A DNA stretch of 64,000 bases, taken from contig OY730476.1 of the NCBI GenBank assembly GCA_963422735.1, forward strand, positions 3,392,001 to 3,456,000, written 5' to 3'. This document shows, one piece after another, positions 35,038-43,918 of this stretch. The notes under the pieces are model-generated. The model saw only the letters and a list, made by a program, of their open reading frames with translations, had not been told where the DNA came from and made no database searches. Positions within the stretch are counted from its first letter, which is position 1. Each line of letters starts with the position of its first letter. The DNA comes from Candidatus Latescibacterota bacterium (GTDB taxonomy: Bacteria > Latescibacterota > UBA2968 > UBA8231). The position numbers and the translations under genes are program-made.

Positions 35038-35461
35038 ATGCAGATCAGCGCCGTCTCCTGCGAGAAACATCGCAACTCAGCACTCGAAGCCGCCGGGCAG
35101 GAATATATCGAGCGACTCTCGCGACAGGTGTGGGTCGCGCTCTGCTTAGGCAGGCGCGGGTCGGCCTGCCGGGTCGGCTGTTGAAAGGGACGTATGTCGT
35201 CGGTCGTACGTGGAAGGAGAGCCTTTCACCTCTGAGCAGTTGGCGCAGTGGCCTCAGCGGCTCATGAACCAAGGCCACTCGCACTTAGTGCTAGTAATAG
35301 GAGGGGCCGAGGGAATGCCGGCGGGGTAGAGTCTCAAATACAAGAGCAGTGGTCGCTGGCTTTTTCCCACCAGCTAGCGCGCCTACTATTGTTGGAAACC
35401 CTGTATCGGTCCTTTGACCTTTTTAAGCGGCGGACAGTGCCACAAATAGCCGCACCGCTTA
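35038..35461 (+). pseudogene. rlmH: degraded 23S rRNA m3-pseudouridine-1915 methyltransferase
   Basis: MQISAV..EYIERLS N-terminus, IGGAEG, WSL..FSHQLARLLLLETLYRSF spread over three frames. Confidence 0.7.
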
Positions 35462-36586
35462 AAAGTATATCATTAGCTTGTCCCAAAACCCCATGCGGCC
35501 GATGCTCTTTTCAGCGTGGATGGGCACCACGGCCAGTAGGCTATCGCCCAGCGAGACCCGCAGCTTGCCCAGTTCGTCGCCGGCAGCAACCGGTGCTGGA
35601 AATTCCTCGGGCAGATCTAGGTGGCGGACGATCTGTTTCTCCTGTTTGGGGGTGAGCACAGCGACTATGGTGTCTTGGGCCAAAACGCGCACCTCTGGTT
35701 CGACTCCCCAGTCCAGCACGACCTTGCCCATCAGTTCGCCGGTTTCGACGATGGGCACGCGCGAGAAGTTATTAAAGCCCCAGCTTAGCAGGCGGCGGGT
35801 CTCCCGGCTGCGGACGCGCGCGGATGGAGCACCCAAGATCACGGAGATCAGGCGCATCTCGTGGCGCTCGGCCGTGGCGACCAGACAGTACCCGGCGCGT
35901 CGAGTATAGCCGGTTTTAAACCCGTCAATGCCCCGGAACCTCCCTAGGAGTTTGTTGGTGGCGCGGAGTATAAACTTGCCGTTGCGGAACGGCTTGGAGC
36001 GAATGGAGGACCAAGCCAAAATTTCGGGGTACACCAAGAGCGCACGGGCAATTTTGGAGAGGTCGCGGGCCGTAGTGATGTTGCCGTTGTCGCGAGGGGT
36101 ATCGTCGAGACCATGCACGTTGACGTAGTGCGTGTGGGTCATGCCGAGGCTTTGTGCTCGGCTGTTCATCAGATCGACGAAGCCCTCGGCCGAGCCGCCG
36201 ATGTGCTCGGCGATGGCGACGCAGGCGTCGTTGGCCGAGACGATGACGACAGCTTCCATGAGCTGTTCCAGCGTAAAGACTTCGCCCTGAGCTAGATAGA
36301 CCTGAGAGCCGCCGGTTTTGGCGGCGCGGCGGGAGGCTTGGATCGGGTCGTCCAGCGAGACCTTACCGGCTGTGACTAAGTCCATGACCACCAGCTCGAG
36401 CATCAGTTTGAGGGTGCTGGCGGGCGAGCGCTGCAAATCTGGGTTGTGGGCGAAGAGTACGGCACCGCTTTCGGCTTCGAGCAAGATGGCGGCGGCATAC
36501 GGCGGGTTCGGGCCGGGGTCGAAGACAGCGGCTTGAAGCGGTACATACGACAGACATACGGCGACACACAGCGAGCGAATGTACAT
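35459..36586 (-). CDS. D-alanyl-D-alanine carboxypeptidase (peptidase S11)
   Basis: PASTLK (SxxK), SAND (SxN), HGL, KTG. Confidence 0.93.
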   Translation of the reverse strand: MYIRSLCVAVCLSYVPLQAAVFDPGPNPPYAAAILLEAESGAVLFAHNPDLQRSPASTLKLMLELVVMDLVTAGKVSLDDPIQASRRAAKTGGSQVYLAQGEVFTLEQLMEAVVIVSANDACVAIAEHIGGSAEGFVDLMNSRAQSLGMTHTHYVNVHGLDDTPRDNGNITTARDLSKIARALLVYPEILAWSSIRSKPFRNGKFILRATNKLLGRFRGIDGFKTGYTRRAGYCLVATAERHEMRLISVILGAPSARVRSRETRRLLSWGFNNFSRVPIVETGELMGKVVLDWGVEPEVRVLAQDTIVAVLTPKQEKQIVRHLDLPEEFPAPVAAGDELGKLRVSLGDSLLAVVPIHAEKSIGRMGFWDKLMIYF

Positions 36587-36776
36587 TGTCTCTCTCGATC
36601 AAAAAGCGGACGGGGATTACAAAACGCGGGGACTACAAAACGAAAACGGGGTGATTCCAAATGTAATAGTTTAGGCATTTTAGGTCAATCACCGATCTAA
36701 CAGTAGGCGAGAAAAGCGTTGCACCATTTGCTCACGAGGACCAGCGGAGTACTTCTAGACCCAGAAAGGACGACTT

Positions 36777-37760
36777 ATGACTGCGGCAACCATGCCTCAA
36801 CTCACGTATAGCGGCAAGCCGATCGCCATGGATCAGGTAGGCGAGCTCCACCGCTCGGATGATATAATCGACGATCGGGACGCACTCTGGGAGCGGATGG
36901 AAGAAGACGGGTATTTGTTTTTGCCTAAGTATTTGGACCGACGCGAAGTGTTGGCGGCGCGGGCAGAATTGTGCGATCGCCTCTTCAAGTCCGGGGTGCT
37001 AGACCCGGCCCGTCCGCCCATGGAAGGCGTAGTGACCACGGGCAAGACGATCAATCCGGCCGCCACTGGCCCGTTTATGCCAATTTTAGCGCGCAACAAC
37101 CCACCTCTGGACCAGGTACTCTACGACGGCCCGATGATGGCCTTTTACGAGTTCTTCTTAGGAGGTCCCGTCCGGCATTACGACTACACTTGGTTCCGCG
37201 CCAAGCAGCCGGGTGCGCACACGGCGACGACCCCGCATTGCGACATCGTCTATATGGGCCGGGGGACCAAGGAGCTTTATACGTCGTGGACGCCCTTCAG
37301 CGACGTGCCCTACGAGATGGGGGGGCTGATGGTGTTGGAGGGGTCGCACAAGGACAAAGCCCTGAAACAAGGCTACGGCCAGACCGATGTGGATGCGTTT
37401 TGCGAAAATGACGGCCCAGCAGCGGGCCAAATCGTCGCGGCCGCTCAAGAGCAGGGTCGCGAGTTGACACAAAAAGAACGCGAGCAAATTCGCTGGAATT
37501 CGTCTGGAGCCTACTCGCACGACGCGATTGCCGTGCGCGAGGAACTGCAGGGCCGCTGGCTGACGACCGAGTACCAGATGGGGGATTTACTGATCTTCTG
37601 CATGTATTTGTTGCACGCTAGCTCAGACAACCAGACGGACCGCATTCGCCTCTCCTCCGATACGCGCTACCAGCGTTCACACGAGTCAATAGACGAGCGC
37701 TGGATCGGCGACGACCCGCCCGCGCACGGCATCCGCGCCAAGCGGGGCATGGTGTGCTGA
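36777..37760 (+). CDS. phytanoyl-CoA dioxygenase (PhyH) family protein
   Basis: DGYLFL, PHCD, WTPF, GGLMVLEGSH, GDLLIF..LHAS..RLSSDTRY. Confidence 0.9.
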   Translation: MTAATMPQLTYSGKPIAMDQVGELHRSDDIIDDRDALWERMEEDGYLFLPKYLDRREVLAARAELCDRLFKSGVLDPARPPMEGVVTTGKTINPAATGPFMPILARNNPPLDQVLYDGPMMAFYEFFLGGPVRHYDYTWFRAKQPGAHTATTPHCDIVYMGRGTKELYTSWTPFSDVPYEMGGLMVLEGSHKDKALKQGYGQTDVDAFCENDGPAAGQIVAAAQEQGRELTQKEREQIRWNSSGAYSHDAIAVREELQGRWLTTEYQMGDLLIFCMYLLHASSDNQTDRIRLSSDTRYQRSHESIDERWIGDDPPAHGIRAKRGMVC

Positions 37761-38351
37761 TTAGTTTACGGATGGATCTTTGGGAAATACGGAGATGGGG
37801 CGATATTTGCCCCCCATAGAATAGAGGACTGATTGCCAGATGGTTTCGGGCGTGGGCGCGAGAGCTAGCTCGGAGTCGCCCGGGGCCAAAAACCAAGTGC
37901 CAGCGCTAATCTCGGATTCGAGCTGACCCGGCTCCCAGCCGGCATGGCCCAAGTAGAACCGCAGCCGCGGCGCGTCGGCCCGGAAAACTTCAGCGTCGGC
38001 GGACTTGATATCGAGGTTGCCGCCTAAATAGAGGCCGTCGAGAATTTTCGTCCCCCCCTCGACTAAGCCGTCGAGCCGGTGCAAAAAGAAAAGATAGCGC
38101 TGGTGCACTGGCCCGCCCTGATAGAATATCTGCCCCAACTCCGCACACGCATCTTCGCCGCCCGCGAGGTGTTGTAGGGAGTCAGTCGCATAACGCCGCA
38201 CCCGCTCGCCGAGGGGCTGGTTGAGCACCAAACCCATGGTGATGTCTTCTTCCCTATAGTGGGTAATGAGCACGACCGTGCGGTCGAAGGCAGGCGCTTC
38301 GACCGCGGGAGTAGCGACTAACAGGGTGCCGGTTTGGAGCGGTGCGGGCAT
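37761..38351 (-). CDS. YqgE/AlgH family protein
   Basis: LLVATP, FDRTVVLI, GLVLNQP, GGPV, LGHAGWEPGQLESEI. Confidence 0.92.
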   Translation of the reverse strand: MPAPLQTGTLLVATPAVEAPAFDRTVVLITHYREEDITMGLVLNQPLGERVRRYATDSLQHLAGGEDACAELGQIFYQGGPVHQRYLFFLHRLDGLVEGGTKILDGLYLGGNLDIKSADAEVFRADAPRLRFYLGHAGWEPGQLESEISAGTWFLAPGDSELALAPTPETIWQSVLYSMGGKYRPISVFPKDPSVN

Positions 38352-38419
38352 GACAGGTATCAGGTATAGCGAGTGCTGCTATGGACTATAATAAAGGTCG
38401 AGTGGCAAAACAACTTCCC

Positions 38420-39577
38420 TCAAGAGTAAGCCAAGTAACGGCGGCGAATAGCGTCAAAGGCTTGGCACGCCTCCGTCCAAGCAGCCTGCAACTCGGCAAC
38501 GGTTGCACCCGCGTCGAGTGCGCGGCGGATCTGGTCGGTGCCGGCGAGGCGGTCGAAGTTGTGGATGCCGCCGGCGGGCACGCGCCAGGCGAATTCGCTC
38601 GGGTAGAGCCGACGCACGGCCGCGAGTGCCTCGAAGCCAACGCCGATAGGCTCGAAGGTTACGCGATCGAGGACGTGGACTTGGACGCCTTCGCAGATCT
38701 CGCCCGCGTACTTGCCGGCCGCCGGCTGGAAAAACACCGGGCGGAAGCCCACCCCAGGTAGTGCTCGGTTGTTGAGCGCGTCAGCTAGGCGCACCCCATA
38801 GATAAATGGTGCGCCAAACTGCTCAAAAGGCTTGGCGGTCCCCCGTCCTTCAGACACGTTCGTCCCCTCGAAGAAACAGGTTCCCGGATAGATTACCGCC
38901 GTCTCCGGGCTAGGCATGTTGGGCGATGGCAGCACCCACGGCAGGCCGGTGTCCTCCCAGTAAAAGGAGCGTCGCCAGCCCTCCATGGCGATGACGTGCA
39001 GTTCCGCACCGATTCCGTATTCCTCGTTGAAGACTCGGGCGAGCTCGCCGATGCTCAGGCCGTAGCGCACTGGGATCGGGTACTGCCCGACGAAAGAGGC
39101 AAACGCCGGGTCGAGACAATTTCCGGCGATGGCTTGGCCGCCAATGGGGTTGGGGCGGTCGAGGACGAGGAAGGGAATGCCCGCTTGGGCGCAGGCGGCC
39201 ATGCTCAGGCTCATGGTGTAGAGATAGGTATAAAAACGTGCACCGACGTCTTGAATGTCAAAGAGCATTAGTTCGACGCCCGCGAGCATGGCCGCGTCCG
39301 GTGCCCGCGTTTGGCCGTAGAGGCTGTAGGTTGGTACGCCGGTGCGGTCATCGGTGGAATGGGCGATGTGCTCGCCGTCCTGTGCTGCGCCGCGGATCCC
39401 GTGCTCCGGCCCGTACAAGGCGATGAGCGTACAGAGATCGGATTGGTGCAGCCGGTCTGCTGTGGACTGCAGGTGCGCATCGACTCCTGAGTGATTGGTA
39501 ATCAGGCCGACGCGCCGTCCGCGGATCAGGTCAGCGTCCGCGAGCAGGCGTTCGCACCCGAGGACGACGCGGCTCAT
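38420..39577 (-). CDS. exo-beta-N-acetylmuramidase NamZ (DUF1343)
   Basis: GLITNHSG, PEHGIRG, DIQDVGARFYTY, DRPNP, PSPNMP, SEGRGT. Confidence 0.92.
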   Translation of the reverse strand: MSRVVLGCERLLADADLIRGRRVGLITNHSGVDAHLQSTADRLHQSDLCTLIALYGPEHGIRGAAQDGEHIAHSTDDRTGVPTYSLYGQTRAPDAAMLAGVELMLFDIQDVGARFYTYLYTMSLSMAACAQAGIPFLVLDRPNPIGGQAIAGNCLDPAFASFVGQYPIPVRYGLSIGELARVFNEEYGIGAELHVIAMEGWRRSFYWEDTGLPWVLPSPNMPSPETAVIYPGTCFFEGTNVSEGRGTAKPFEQFGAPFIYGVRLADALNNRALPGVGFRPVFFQPAAGKYAGEICEGVQVHVLDRVTFEPIGVGFEALAAVRRLYPSEFAWRVPAGGIHNFDRLAGTDQIRRALDAGATVAELQAAWTEACQAFDAIRRRYLAYS

Positions 39578-40614
39578 TGGGCTGCACCCGGCTCGGGCAC
39601 GAGAGCGGAGGCGCGCTGGACGCGGCGAGCAAAGTACTGGTAGTGGACGCTGCCCGAATAGACGCCGTCGCGTGCGACTGATGCGCAGCGGATGGCTCGG
39701 CTCTGGCGGCGGCGGCGATAGATATTGCGCGGATGCGCGAGGCACCAAAGCAAGGCGGCACAAGGGGCCGGTGCGCTGGACCACCGGCCTCGGCGGATGT
39801 AGTAGAGTACGGCCAACACCTCCAACCACAGGCGCAAGGGCAGCAGCCACAGCAGGCGGCTCAGCCCTGCGTTTTTGCACAGCGTGATGAGGCTATTGCG
39901 ATGGTTGAAGTACGTCTTGCGGTAGGTGGCTGGAGGCTGGGAAAAGCCCGAGTAATGAAAAACCACGGATTGCGGCACGGCGCGGATCTGGTAACCAGCG
40001 AGTTGGAGACGCCAACACAAGTCGATTTCCTCAAAGTGCATGAAGTACTCGGGGTCGAAAAATCCAGCTTGGCGCACCGCAGAGACGCGGAGGAAGAGGG
40101 CTGCGCCGCAGGCCCAAAAGAGCGGTACGGACGCATCGTATTGGCCCTCGTCGCGCTCGCAGCAGTCGAAGATCCGCCCCCGACAAAAGGCGTATCCCAA
40201 GGCGTCGATATAGCCGCCAGCCCCGCCTCCGTAGTCGAAGTGCTCGGGCGCGCTGGCCGAGCGCAGCTTGGGCTGGCAGGCGGCGATCCGGGGGTTGCTG
40301 TCGGCCATGGCGACGAGGGGGGCGAGCCAGTTAGGCTCGACGCGGGTGTCGTCGTTGAGCAGCACGGCATAGCGGGTGTGAGCGGCTGCCAAACCCCGGT
40401 TGCAGGCTGCGGCAAATCCGAGATTGCGCTCGTTGCGCAAAACTTCTAGCTCGGGAAAGGCGGCTTTGGCCCGCTGCAAGCTGGGCGCGTTGCCGCCGTC
40501 GTCAACGACGAGCACACAGACGGGATGATCGCTGTGTGCATAGACCGAGGCCAAGCAGTCGTAAAGCACGTCCGCGCGGTAGTGCGGGATGACGACGGTG
40601 ACGGCCTCGATCAT
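39574..40614 (-). CDS. glycosyltransferase family 2
   Basis: VVDDG, NLGFAAACN, LLNDD, CGAALF, EEIDLCWR. Confidence 0.92.
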   Translation of the reverse strand: MIEAVTVVIPHYRADVLYDCLASVYAHSDHPVCVLVVDDGGNAPSLQRAKAAFPELEVLRNERNLGFAAACNRGLAAAHTRYAVLLNDDTRVEPNWLAPLVAMADSNPRIAACQPKLRSASAPEHFDYGGGAGGYIDALGYAFCRGRIFDCCERDEGQYDASVPLFWACGAALFLRVSAVRQAGFFDPEYFMHFEEIDLCWRLQLAGYQIRAVPQSVVFHYSGFSQPPATYRKTYFNHRNSLITLCKNAGLSRLLWLLPLRLWLEVLAVLYYIRRGRWSSAPAPCAALLWCLAHPRNIYRRRRQSRAIRCASVARDGVYSGSVHYQYFARRVQRASALVPEPGAAQ

Positions 40615-43187
40615 TGGGGGGCGGACTGGTGGAGGATGCGCTCGGCCTCGACCAATTTCGGCCGCTCGCCGTATTGCTCTTTGTACTGGTGGAGGATGGC
40701 CAGTGCTCCGGCAAGATCGCCCTTGGCCTGTAGGGCGGCGGCCAATTCGTAGTAGCCCTCCCAGCGGGCCGGCGCGAGGGCGATAGCTTGGTGATAGAGA
40801 CCCTCGGCGCGGTCGTAGGCCGAGTAAGGAGCTTGGATCAGCACCCCGATCAGGGCGATGATATTGTCGTAGGTGGCGACCGGCTCAATGCCCACGCGCT
40901 CGATGAGGAACCGCGCGGCCTCGTAGATGTGCTCGGTCGCTACGTCGTGCTGGCCGAGTTCGCTGAAGTAATCGGCTGCCGCATAGTGGTTTTCCCAACT
41001 TAGGTAGATATTGTCCCGCGCCCACTGCATGAGCTGCGGCACCTCGGCTCTGCGCCCCTGCTCCTCGTAGCTGCGGGCCAACTGCAAGACGCAGGCCCAG
41101 TAGTTGCCCAAGAGGCGCTCGGAGTTTTCGTCCTTGTACAAGGACGGGTCGTTGAGGCCGCGGAAGCGGTATTTTTCGAGGAGATTGCGCTCTAGGGCCT
41201 CGTCATCTACTCCGTCTGTAGGTTCGGGCGAGACTTTTACGCTCATGCCGACCATCGTCAAATAGGGGTCGAGGTTGAGCAGATTGCTGGTGGGAACAGT
41301 GATGGCAAAGTGAATGGGTTTTTTCCACTCGTTCCAAGCCAGAATTTTGATGACCATGACGTCTTGGATGCGGAGGACCGGGTACTCGGGGGGAGTGCTC
41401 ACTTCTACGTTGATTCCCAATTTTTTGAGTTCCGGTGGCACCTTGGGCTCAGGCCAGTACCGTTTGTAGAAATTGACCATCTGCGTGTCGGTGAGCACCG
41501 AGTCGATGAAGTCGTCGGTGTAGCGGATGTCGATGCGCGGTTCGCGGTCGCGCAGTTGTTTGATGTACCAGTTGGTGTTCAACAGGCTCAAGTTGACCAC
41601 CCGCACATCGCGCCGCACCCCTTCTACTTCCTGCAAAAACCACAGCGGAAAGGTGTCGTTGTCCCCATTGGTGAACAGGATGGAGCCTTCCTCGCAGCTA
41701 GTCAGCATGTTGTGCGCGTAATCATAGGCGATAAAGTCGCCCGTGCGGTCTTCCACGTGATAGAGCCGCGCCGCCACCCCGGCCGGCAGCAACAACCCAG
41801 CTGCCGCCACCGCCAATACCACCGCCCGATGCCGCCCCCACTGCTGGCGCACCGCCTCCACCACGCCCAGCCAGCCCAGCCCGATCCACAGCGCGAACGC
41901 CAAGTACATCCCGCCGAACACGTAGTGCCGCTCGCGCGGCTGCGGGTCTGGCATGTTCAGGTAGAACGACAGCCCAAACCCCATAATCAAGAACAGTAGC
42001 AACACCCCCCCGAACCGCCGCCAGTCCTGTCGCCCGTGCCACCACAACCCCCACAGCCCCAGCCCGTACGGCACCAGCGAAATGGATACCCGATCCGGCA
42101 GGTTTATGGTGGCCTTGCGGAACTCCTCGACCCGCTCCAGAAGCGGAAAGGGAAACTGCTGAAAGAAGTACTTCATCTGCTGATCCCAAAACTGATAGGT
42201 GCGGCTCGCCCGCGCCGTCAGCATGGTCGTCAGCATGCTCTCGGTGCCGTATTGCTCGCGGTTGAGGAACTTGAGGAACGCCGACCAAGTCTCTGGATCG
42301 TTCTCGTCGATGGCCGGATTCAAGCCGGAGCGAATGTACAACGCGCCATACGTGGAATAGCCCAGCGCGAACAGTATGAGAACGCCTAGCAGCAGGGCAA
42401 AGAGCCGTCGGTCGCGGCCGTACAGGTACGCCAGCAGCCCAGCCAGCCCCAACACCATCACCCCATTCGACTGCGCCCCCGGACCCAATGCCACCACCAC
42501 CAGTCCGCCGACCGCGCCCCAGCCGACCAGCAGCACGATCAGCCGTTGCAACTGGCGGTCGGCAAACCACGCCAGCAGCATGAGCGATGGAATCGTCAAC
42601 AGGCACAACATGTGCAGGCCGCCGCCGAGGCCGAACAAATAGGCCAGCACCAACAGCCAGCGATCATTGGCCGCCCCAGCGCCGCTGCCTTCCCAGTAGA
42701 AAATCAGCCACAGCCCCAAGCACGTAAACAAAATGGAGTAGCCGTACACCTCGGCTTCGGAGGCATTGTACCACTGGGTGTAGGAGAACGCCAACGTCAG
42801 CGCGGCCACAGCCCCACCGGCGAGGACGCCGATGTCGCGGGCGTCGCCCAGCGGTTGCAGGGGCTGGCCGCCCAACGCCCGCCGTCCCAATGCGACGGTC
42901 GATAGATAGACACACCAAATCGCCAGCGCGGACGTCAGCGCGGACATGAAGTTGACGCGGATGGCGACTTCGCCGATGGGAAACAAGGTAAAGACTCGTC
43001 CCAACAGCACGTACAAAGGAGCGCCCGGAGGGTGGGGCACACCGAGAATATAGGATGTGGCGATGAACTCGCCGCAGTCCCAAAACGACACGGTCGGCGC
43101 GAGGGTCTTCACGTACATCCCCAACGTCAGCACGAAAATTCCCACTCCAAAAACCCGGTGGATTACAGCGGAATTAGGCATTGGCAA
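40611..43187 (-). CDS. DUF2723 / TMEM260-like membrane glycosyltransferase with C-terminal TPR
   Basis: TLAPTVSFWDCGEF, HPPGAPLY, EAEVY, RERHY, GDNDTFPLW. Confidence 0.9.
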   Translation of the reverse strand: MPMPNSAVIHRVFGVGIFVLTLGMYVKTLAPTVSFWDCGEFIATSYILGVPHPPGAPLYVLLGRVFTLFPIGEVAIRVNFMSALTSALAIWCVYLSTVALGRRALGGQPLQPLGDARDIGVLAGGAVAALTLAFSYTQWYNASEAEVYGYSILFTCLGLWLIFYWEGSGAGAANDRWLLVLAYLFGLGGGLHMLCLLTIPSLMLLAWFADRQLQRLIVLLVGWGAVGGLVVVALGPGAQSNGVMVLGLAGLLAYLYGRDRRLFALLLGVLILFALGYSTYGALYIRSGLNPAIDENDPETWSAFLKFLNREQYGTESMLTTMLTARASRTYQFWDQQMKYFFQQFPFPLLERVEEFRKATINLPDRVSISLVPYGLGLWGLWWHGRQDWRRFGGVLLLFLIMGFGLSFYLNMPDPQPRERHYVFGGMYLAFALWIGLGWLGVVEAVRQQWGRHRAVVLAVAAAGLLLPAGVAARLYHVEDRTGDFIAYDYAHNMLTSCEEGSILFTNGDNDTFPLWFLQEVEGVRRDVRVVNLSLLNTNWYIKQLRDREPRIDIRYTDDFIDSVLTDTQMVNFYKRYWPEPKVPPELKKLGINVEVSTPPEYPVLRIQDVMVIKILAWNEWKKPIHFAITVPTSNLLNLDPYLTMVGMSVKVSPEPTDGVDDEALERNLLEKYRFRGLNDPSLYKDENSERLLGNYWACVLQLARSYEEQGRRAEVPQLMQWARDNIYLSWENHYAAADYFSELGQHDVATEHIYEAARFLIERVGIEPVATYDNIIALIGVLIQAPYSAYDRAEGLYHQAIALAPARWEGYYELAAALQAKGDLAGALAILHQYKEQYGERPKLVEAERILHQSAPQ

Positions 43188-43264
43188 ATGATCTTAGGTG
43201 AATGCGCGGATAGACGATCTATTCAAATATAAGAAATATAATAGGTAAAAGGCCGCCGACTGTC

Positions 43265-43918
43265 CTATCCCACCAACTCGGCCGTGCCCCAAGTGCTCGG
43301 ATCGCGTTCTACGCCCATGTCCGAGATCGACGACCAAGACTGGGTGCCGTGCTGCGCGTCGTGCAACAGGTACGCAAACCCCACCCGGCTAAACTCTCTC
43401 GGCGCAAAACCATTGAGGCCCGCGGCTGGCAGTTTGATCTCTAGCTGATAGCTCCGCTTGAGTCGGCGCAAGCCGGTTTCAATCGCGTCTTCCGGGCAGG
43501 GCGGTGCCTGTTCGCGGGCGTCCTCAATGGAGGTCTGGCGGGCGATGGGTTGCTTGCCGTCTTTGCCGCTGCCGCCGGGCAAGACGTAAAATCGGTGGCA
43601 GAAGCGGTTGGCGCGGTGCTCCTTGACGTCGCGAGTGTCGATGAATAGTTCGAGGCTGTCGCCGGCCGCGGGTTGGAGCGGATTGAGCTTGTAGGTGGTC
43701 TTGTTCTTGACCTCGCAGGCAAAGTACAGGCCGCTGTCGTCGTAGGACATATAGACCGAGGCAAAGGGCTGGTGGCCATCGACGGCCATCAGGTCGGGCA
43801 CGTGCGCTGCGTCGTCCCAATCGCGCAAGTTGCCGTCGATTTTGGGCGGCTTCTGCCGCAGCGGGCAGCGAAAGGAAAACTCGAAAAAGGCGCGTTGGGG
43901 CAGGCGCAGATCGCTCAT
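43265..43918 (-). CDS. CBM9/DOMON-like sugar-binding domain protein
   Basis: PKIDGNLRDW, YDDSGLYF, DSLELFID. Confidence 0.75.
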   Translation of the reverse strand: MSDLRLPQRAFFEFSFRCPLRQKPPKIDGNLRDWDDAAHVPDLMAVDGHQPFASVYMSYDDSGLYFACEVKNKTTYKLNPLQPAAGDSLELFIDTRDVKEHRANRFCHRFYVLPGGSGKDGKQPIARQTSIEDAREQAPPCPEDAIETGLRRLKRSYQLEIKLPAAGLNGFAPREFSRVGFAYLLHDAQHGTQSWSSISDMGVERDPSTWGTAELVG

